Source of the DNA: Treponemataceae bacterium
GTDB lineage: Bacteria; Spirochaetota; Spirochaetia; Treponematales; Rectinemataceae
DNA: 64,000 nt
Assembly: GCA_963677895.2 (NCBI GenBank)
Contig: CAXXGJ010000018.1
Span: forward strand, 32,001-96,000
Direction of reading: 5' to 3'
Shown here in pieces: positions 58,768 to 64,000 of this stretch; position 1 is the stretch's first letter, and each line of letters begins with the position of its first letter. The notes below the pieces were generated by a model. The model searched no databases. It saw only the letters and a program-made list of their open reading frames with translations, and was not told the DNA's origin. The position numbers and the translations under genes were made by a program.

Positions 58768-59862
58768 ATGAAAAGAGTGATAAATTTCAATGCCGGCCCC
58801 GCCGCTATCCCCCTCGACGTGCTGAAACAGGCCCAGGAAGAAATGCTGGACTGGAACGGCACCGGCATGTCGGTCATGGAAGTATCGCATCGTTCGAAAG
58901 AGTACGAGGCCATGCACAACGAGGCGAAGGACCTTTTCAGGAAGCTGGCCGGAATGGGCCCGGAATGGAAGATCCTCTTCCTCACCGGCGGCGCCTCCAG
59001 CCAATTCTTCCAGGTTCCCATGAATTTCCTTTTCGACGGCAGAAAGGCCTCCTACCTCGTCACCGGCACCTGGGGCAAGAAAGCCCTCAAGGAAGCCAAA
59101 CGCTTCGGCCCCTGCGATGCCATGAGCACCGAGAACGCGGACGGCACCTTCACGAGGATCCTCACGCCGGCCGAAATCAAGGTCGATCCGGCTTCGACCT
59201 ATGTCCACATGACCAGCAACAACACGCTCTTCGGATCCCAGTGGCATAATTGGCCCGAAACGGGCAAGGTGCCCCTCGTCTGCGACATGTCGAGCGACAT
59301 CTTTTCCCGCCCCTTCCCTGCCGACAAATTCGCGCTGATCTACGCGGGCGCACAGAAGAACCTCGGCCCCTCAGGCCTCACCATCGTGGCCGTCAAGGAC
59401 AGCTTCTTCCAGCTTTGCCAGGAACAGGCCAAGCTGCCGACCATGCTCTCCTACAGGACCCACGAAGAAGAGAATTCGCTCTACAATACGCCGCCCTGTT
59501 TCTCCATCTACATGCTCAGCCTGACGCTCAAATGGCTGGACAGGAACGGCGGCCTGGATGCCATGGCGAAAGTCAACGAAGAGAAGGGCAGGATCATCTA
59601 CGGAGCGATCGACGCCTCGAACGGCTACTATCGCGGTCCGGTCCAGAAGGATTCCCGCTCCCTCATGAACGTGGTCTTCAGGCTCAAGGACGAGGCTTCC
59701 GAGGAGCTTTTCGTGAAGGAAGCGAAGGCGGCGGGCATCGTGGGCGTGAAGGGCCACCGCTCGACGGGCGGAATCCGCTTCTCGATGTACAACGCCAACC
59801 TCGTGGACAATGTCAAGGTCGCGGCCGCCTTCATGGAAGATTTCAGGAAGAGGCACGGCTGA
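58768..59862 (+). CDS. serC: Phosphoserine aminotransferase
   Basis: NFNAGPA, SVMEVSHRS, GGAS.QF, DMSS, AGAQKNLGPSG, YNTPP, KGHRS.GG.R.S.YN. Confidence 0.95.
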   Translation: MKRVINFNAGPAAIPLDVLKQAQEEMLDWNGTGMSVMEVSHRSKEYEAMHNEAKDLFRKLAGMGPEWKILFLTGGASSQFFQVPMNFLFDGRKASYLVTGTWGKKALKEAKRFGPCDAMSTENADGTFTRILTPAEIKVDPASTYVHMTSNNTLFGSQWHNWPETGKVPLVCDMSSDIFSRPFPADKFALIYAGAQKNLGPSGLTIVAVKDSFFQLCQEQAKLPTMLSYRTHEEENSLYNTPPCFSIYMLSLTLKWLDRNGGLDAMAKVNEEKGRIIYGAIDASNGYYRGPVQKDSRSLMNVVFRLKDEASEELFVKEAKAAGIVGVKGHRSTGGIRFSMYNANLVDNVKVAAAFMEDFRKRHG

Positions 59863-59929
59863 AACATTGTTTCAGCGTAGCTTCAGCATTGTTTCGGCAC
59901 GGCCGAAGCAATGTCTGCGGAACGGAACG

Positions 59930-59961
59930 AAAAAGCCCGGGCGATTTGCCCGGGCTTTTTT
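59930..59961. terminator. Bidirectional intrinsic terminator
   Basis: AAAAAGCCCGGGC-GATTT-GCCCGGGCTTTTT between convergent genes. Confidence 0.88.
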
Positions 59962-60015
59962 ATGCCGATAGCCGCGCCATCCGGATCGTTAAAAATCCAG
60001 TGGCGCCGCATTGCC

Positions 60016-61122
60016 TCAGAAAGGAAGGTCGATCTTCAGGTTGCAGCGTTCTTTCACGGCCTTGAAAGAGGCCTTGAGCGAAGCGTTGAAGGGAACTCCC
60101 TTGTCCTTGCGGTAGAGGGAAATCTCATATTCCTTCTCGCCTGGCGTCCAGATGCGCGTGGCGCCCGGAGCCTTCTTGGAAGCGCGGATCTGGCGGCAGA
60201 TTTCTCCTACCTGATGCTTGAAGGCATCGAGATCGCAGAAAGCGTCGATCCTGATAGCCAGGAAGGAGTGGCCGAGTTCGATGGATGAGGGCTTGCCATC
60301 TTTGTCGACGCCCGTCAGCGCCTTCAGGAAATTCGCCTGCGAGAGGGCGGAAGACAACAGCTCGACGACCATGGAGTTGCCATAGCCCTTATAGCCGCCC
60401 AGGTCTTCCCCGAGTCCGCCCACCGGCGTGAGGGCTGCCTTGTCTTTCGTGAGATCGATGAGGACCTGGTGGGTGTCGTGCCGATAATGGCCGTCCTCGC
60501 CGATGACCCAGCCGTCGGGAAGGTCCTTGCCGATGCGGTCGTAGAGTTCGATTTTACCTCGCTGGGTTACGGAGGTGGCATAGTCGGGCATGAAGGGGAA
60601 GGGCTCGTCCGAGGGCATTCCCCAGGTCATGGGGTTTGTGCCGATCATGGGCTCGACACCCCAGGTCGGCGCTATGGAGGGCCTGGCCGATGTCGTGGTC
60701 ATGCCGATCATGCCTTTCTGGACGGCCATGTTGGGATAATAGAAGGCGGCGCCGTAATGCGTGGAATTGCGGACGACGGTCATGCCGAGGCCGTTCTTCT
60801 CGGCCTTTTCAATTGCCATCTCCATGGCTCGCTTGGCGATATAGTGTCCCATGCCATTGTGTCCATCGATGACCGCGGTGGTCGGCGTCTCCCTGACTAC
60901 TTCGAAATGAGTCTTGGGAAGCTGCGTGCCTGCCCAGATCCTGTCCAGATATATCGGTTTGAAACGTCCAACGCCATGTGAATCGACGCCGCGTTTATCG
61001 GCGGCCACGAGAACGTTGGCGCAGACCGACGCTTCCTCGGCGGGAACGCCGACAGCCTCGAAACCGGCTCGCATGAACGCTTCGACTTCGTCGAATTTCC
61101 ACCAAGTGATGCTCTCATCCAT
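60016..61122 (-). CDS. Ldh2/Mdh2 family oxidoreductase
   Basis: AD.RG.DSHG, RNSTHYG, GTNP, D.ATS, GYKGYG. Confidence 0.9.
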   Translation of the reverse strand: MDESITWWKFDEVEAFMRAGFEAVGVPAEEASVCANVLVAADKRGVDSHGVGRFKPIYLDRIWAGTQLPKTHFEVVRETPTTAVIDGHNGMGHYIAKRAMEMAIEKAEKNGLGMTVVRNSTHYGAAFYYPNMAVQKGMIGMTTTSARPSIAPTWGVEPMIGTNPMTWGMPSDEPFPFMPDYATSVTQRGKIELYDRIGKDLPDGWVIGEDGHYRHDTHQVLIDLTKDKAALTPVGGLGEDLGGYKGYGNSMVVELLSSALSQANFLKALTGVDKDGKPSSIELGHSFLAIRIDAFCDLDAFKHQVGEICRQIRASKKAPGATRIWTPGEKEYEISLYRKDKGVPFNASLKASFKAVKERCNLKIDLPF

Positions 61123-61283
61123 ATAATACTCCTTAGGTTGCAGGGCGCCCTAATCCATGAACGTCCCGTATGGGAAACATGCAGGGCTAGTATAGACCTT
61201 TTTTGCACCATGGCAAAGGGTAAATATGGAAGAGTTACGCGGGGCGGCGACAAGCGCCCCGCGCGATTGGCCCGTGAGGGTGT

Positions 61284-61643
61284 CTAGAGAGCCACGCCCA
61301 GGACATCCTTGATGGCTGTCTGGAAAGTGGCTTTTGGCATGGCCCCCGCGGCCATCTGGGGAGGCGCGCCCACGGGAATGAATAGGATGGAGGGAATGCT
61401 CTGGATTCCGAAGGCCGCGGAGATTTCGGGTTCGGCGTCGGTATTGACCTTATAGATTTTCAGCTTGCCTTCGTATTCCTTGGAGAGCGACTCCATGATG
61501 GGAGCGACCATCTTGCAGGGGCCGCACCAGTCGGCATAGAAGTCGACAATGGCGGGGCTTTCACCCCTGTATTCCCATTCTTTCTTTGTTTCGAAATCGA
61601 ATATTTTTTCTATGAAGCTGTCTTTGGTCAACTGTTCTGTCAT
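61284..61643 (-). CDS. trxA: Thioredoxin
   Basis: DFYADWCGPCK, IQSIP. Confidence 0.95.
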   Translation of the reverse strand: MTEQLTKDSFIEKIFDFETKKEWEYRGESPAIVDFYADWCGPCKMVAPIMESLSKEYEGKLKIYKVNTDAEPEISAAFGIQSIPSILFIPVGAPPQMAAGAMPKATFQTAIKDVLGVAL

Positions 61644-61794
61644 TGAAATCTCCTTATATTAGAAAATACTAATATAACGATGTTTTGACAAGGGGGAGCC
61701 GGCTGCCCTTGCCGTCAGGGCTAAAATTCTTCCGCCATAGTCCGGAAAATAAAGTATAATGCTTCCAAGGAATTCGTCGAGGGAGGAGTCTTCA

Positions 61795-63798
61795 ATGAAC
61801 TATAAGGATTCGGTCAAGATAAGCCTGGATATGGATGAGCTGCCGCCGGCTCCGGTTTTCGAGAAAGGCATCAGGCGCGCTCCCCGAAGGGAAACCGACC
61901 TGAGTCCAGCCCAGGAAAAGCTCGCGCTGCGCAACGCGCTCCGCTACATCCCTCCCCGATGGCATGAAACGGTGGCTCCCGAATTCCTGGCCGAACTCAA
62001 GGAACGCGGCAGGATTTACGGGTATCGCTTCAGGCCGGCCGGGCGCCTGCGCGGGCTGCCTATCGAAGAATATTCAGGCCGCTGCGTCGAGGGGAAGGCT
62101 TTTCGGGTCATGATAGACAACAACCTCGACTTCAATGTGGCCCTGTACCCCTACGAACTCGTCACCTATGGCGAAACCGGCCAGGTTTGCCAGAACTGGA
62201 TGCAATACAGGCTCATATGCAAATATCTGGAAATTCTGGACGAGAACGGAACGCTCGTCCTCGAGTCGGGCCATCCCTTGGGCATTTTCGCCAGCCACCC
62301 AATGGCGCCGCGCGTCGTCATCACGAACGGACTCATGGTCGGAATGTTCGACAACCAGAAAGATTTCAACCTGGCGGCGGCCCTGGGCGTCGCGAACTAC
62401 GGGCAGATGACCGCCGGCGGATGGATGTATATCGGCCCCCAGGGCATCGTGCACGGCACTTTCAACACTTTGATGAATGCCGGCCGCCTCAAGCTCGGGA
62501 TTCCCCACGGTAAGGACCTGGCGGGAAAGCTTTTCGTATCCTCGGGCCTGGGCGGTATGTCGGGCGCCCAGGGCAAGGCCGCGGTGATAGCGGGCGCCGC
62601 TTCCATCATCGCGGAAGTGGACATTTCTCGGGTGGAGACGAGGTATTCCCAAGGCTGGGTTTCCTGCGTAACGGATTCGATGGAAGAGGCCTTCAGACTG
62701 GCCCAGGCGGCCTTGACGGAAAGACGCCCCATAGCCGTCGCCTATCACGGCAATGTCGTCGACCTCCTTGAGTTCGCGGCGGAAAAGAAGATCTATATCG
62801 ACCTTCTTTCCGACCAGACCAGCTGCCACGTTCCCTATGACGGCGGCTACTGCCCCGCGGGCATAAGCTTCGCCGAAAGGACGCGCCTGCTGACGGAGGA
62901 TAGGGCGGCCTTCAGGACTCTCGTGAACGCCTCCCTCAAACGCCACTTCGAAGTCATCAAGAGGCTCGTCGCCTCGGGCACCTACTTTTTCGACTACGGA
63001 AACGCCTTCCTGAAATCCGTGTTCGACTCGGGTATCGGCGAAATCTCGAAAAACGGCGTGGACGAGAAGGACGGCTTCATTTTTCCAAGTTACGTCGAGG
63101 ATATTCTCGGTCCCGAACTTTTCGACTACGGCTACGGACCCTTCAGGTGGGTCTGCCTTTCCGGAAAGCCCGAAGACCTGCGCAGGACCGACAAGGCCGC
63201 CATGGACTGCATCGATCCGGACAGACGCAGCCAGGATAGGGACAATTGGCTCTGGATCAGGGATGCCGAGAAGAATGCGCTCGTGGTGGGAACGCAGGCA
63301 CGCATCCTCTATCAGGACGCCCTCGGCAGGATGAAGATCGCGCTGAGGTTCAACGAACTGGTCAGGAAGGGCGAAATCGGACCCATCATGCTGGGCAGGG
63401 ATCACCACGATACGGGCGGCACCGACAGCCCGTTCAGGGAAACGAGCAATATCAAGGATGGCTCGAACATGATGGCCGATATGGCGACGCAATGTTTCGC
63501 CGGAAACGCGGCGCGCGGCATGAGCCTCGTGGCGCTGCACAACGGCGGCGGCGTGGGCGTCGGCAAGGCCATTAACGGAGGCTTCGGCCTCGTCCTGGAC
63601 GGCTCGGAACGCGTCGACGCCGTGATAAGGATGGCCATGCCCTGGGATGTCATGGGCGGTGTCGCGCGCCGCGCGTGGGCATGTAATCCGCACGCGCTGG
63701 AAGTCTGTGCCGAATACAACAGCGACCATGCGGATTTGGGCACCATAACGCTTCCCTACGAAGTGGATCCCTCAATCCTGGAAAAAACCCTGGGCTGA
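61795..63798 (+). CDS. hutU: Urocanate hydratase (long form)
   Basis: MIDNNLD..VA, YGQMTAG.W.YIGPQGIVHGT, SDQTSCH, GPFRW, GRDHHD, SPFRET, HNGGGVG. Confidence 0.95.
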   Translation: MNYKDSVKISLDMDELPPAPVFEKGIRRAPRRETDLSPAQEKLALRNALRYIPPRWHETVAPEFLAELKERGRIYGYRFRPAGRLRGLPIEEYSGRCVEGKAFRVMIDNNLDFNVALYPYELVTYGETGQVCQNWMQYRLICKYLEILDENGTLVLESGHPLGIFASHPMAPRVVITNGLMVGMFDNQKDFNLAAALGVANYGQMTAGGWMYIGPQGIVHGTFNTLMNAGRLKLGIPHGKDLAGKLFVSSGLGGMSGAQGKAAVIAGAASIIAEVDISRVETRYSQGWVSCVTDSMEEAFRLAQAALTERRPIAVAYHGNVVDLLEFAAEKKIYIDLLSDQTSCHVPYDGGYCPAGISFAERTRLLTEDRAAFRTLVNASLKRHFEVIKRLVASGTYFFDYGNAFLKSVFDSGIGEISKNGVDEKDGFIFPSYVEDILGPELFDYGYGPFRWVCLSGKPEDLRRTDKAAMDCIDPDRRSQDRDNWLWIRDAEKNALVVGTQARILYQDALGRMKIALRFNELVRKGEIGPIMLGRDHHDTGGTDSPFRETSNIKDGSNMMADMATQCFAGNAARGMSLVALHNGGGVGVGKAINGGFGLVLDGSERVDAVIRMAMPWDVMGGVARRAWACNPHALEVCAEYNSDHADLGTITLPYEVDPSILEKTLG

Positions 63799-63839
63799 GC
63801 GCGAAACCCCGCGCTTAGCGCGTCAGGCGGGGTGGGGCG

Positions 63840-64000
63840 CTAGAGCCCCGTGGCCAGCCGCGCTAGGTCGAGCCTCAAGGCCTCGACTTCCTCCCTTGTC
63901 TTCTTCACGAAGGAGTTCTCCGTCGGGCGACCCAGAACGGCCGTCATCTCCGCTTCCGACCGGTAAGTAGCCTTCCTGAAAGGATTGCTCCAGTCTTTTG
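63840..64000 (-). CDS. C-terminal end of an unidentified protein (runs off the right edge)
   Basis: Open frame ...KDWSNPFRKATYRSEAEMTAVLGRPTENSFVKKTREEVEALRLDLARLATGL* with host-like codon usage. Confidence 0.55.
   Translation of the reverse strand, partial: KDWSNPFRKATYRSEAEMTAVLGRPTENSFVKKTREEVEALRLDLARLATGL

Noticed and set aside
1..64000. CRISPR arrays, tRNA/rRNA genes, intact transposases, prophage genes
   Set aside because: None recognised by eye; no regularly spaced repeat-spacer pattern seen.

Overview
Bacterial chromosome segment. Gene content and codon style suggest a free-living, Treponema/Rectinema-like spirochaete (inference). Bases 1 to ~14.1 kb form a lower-GC defence island: a partial thymidylate-kinase-like gene, a TIR+SLOG fusion gene, scars of deleted type I and type III R-M genes, IS3 remnants, a class II Fic gene, and an intact type I R-M operon (hsdM-hsdS-yhcG-rhuM-hsdR). 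The rest is GC-rich core genome: ZIP transporter, exonuclease I, an SH3/M48/CHASE2-cyclase cluster, biotin ECF, radical SAM, an archaeal-type asparagine synthetase, DUF438, CDF, mgl and liv ABC transporters, a pseudo-serine-hydrolase, GSIII with a sigma54 promoter and NifA-like activator, a lysine-riboswitch asd-lysC-dapBAD operon, proC, nif3-lspA-DUF1015, serA-serC, Ldh2, trxA and hutU. The top finding is an unannotated 29-aa Asn-rich leader peptide (9 Asn, 5 consecutive) followed by an intrinsic terminator upstream of the asparagine synthetase, i.e. a candidate asparagine-sensing ribosome-mediated attenuator. Other highlights are the TIR-SLOG/dTMP-kinase-like defence candidate, a candidate CRP-box sRNA with an anti-SD loop, and several leaderless genes. 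All family calls come from motif recognition by eye; no searches were run.
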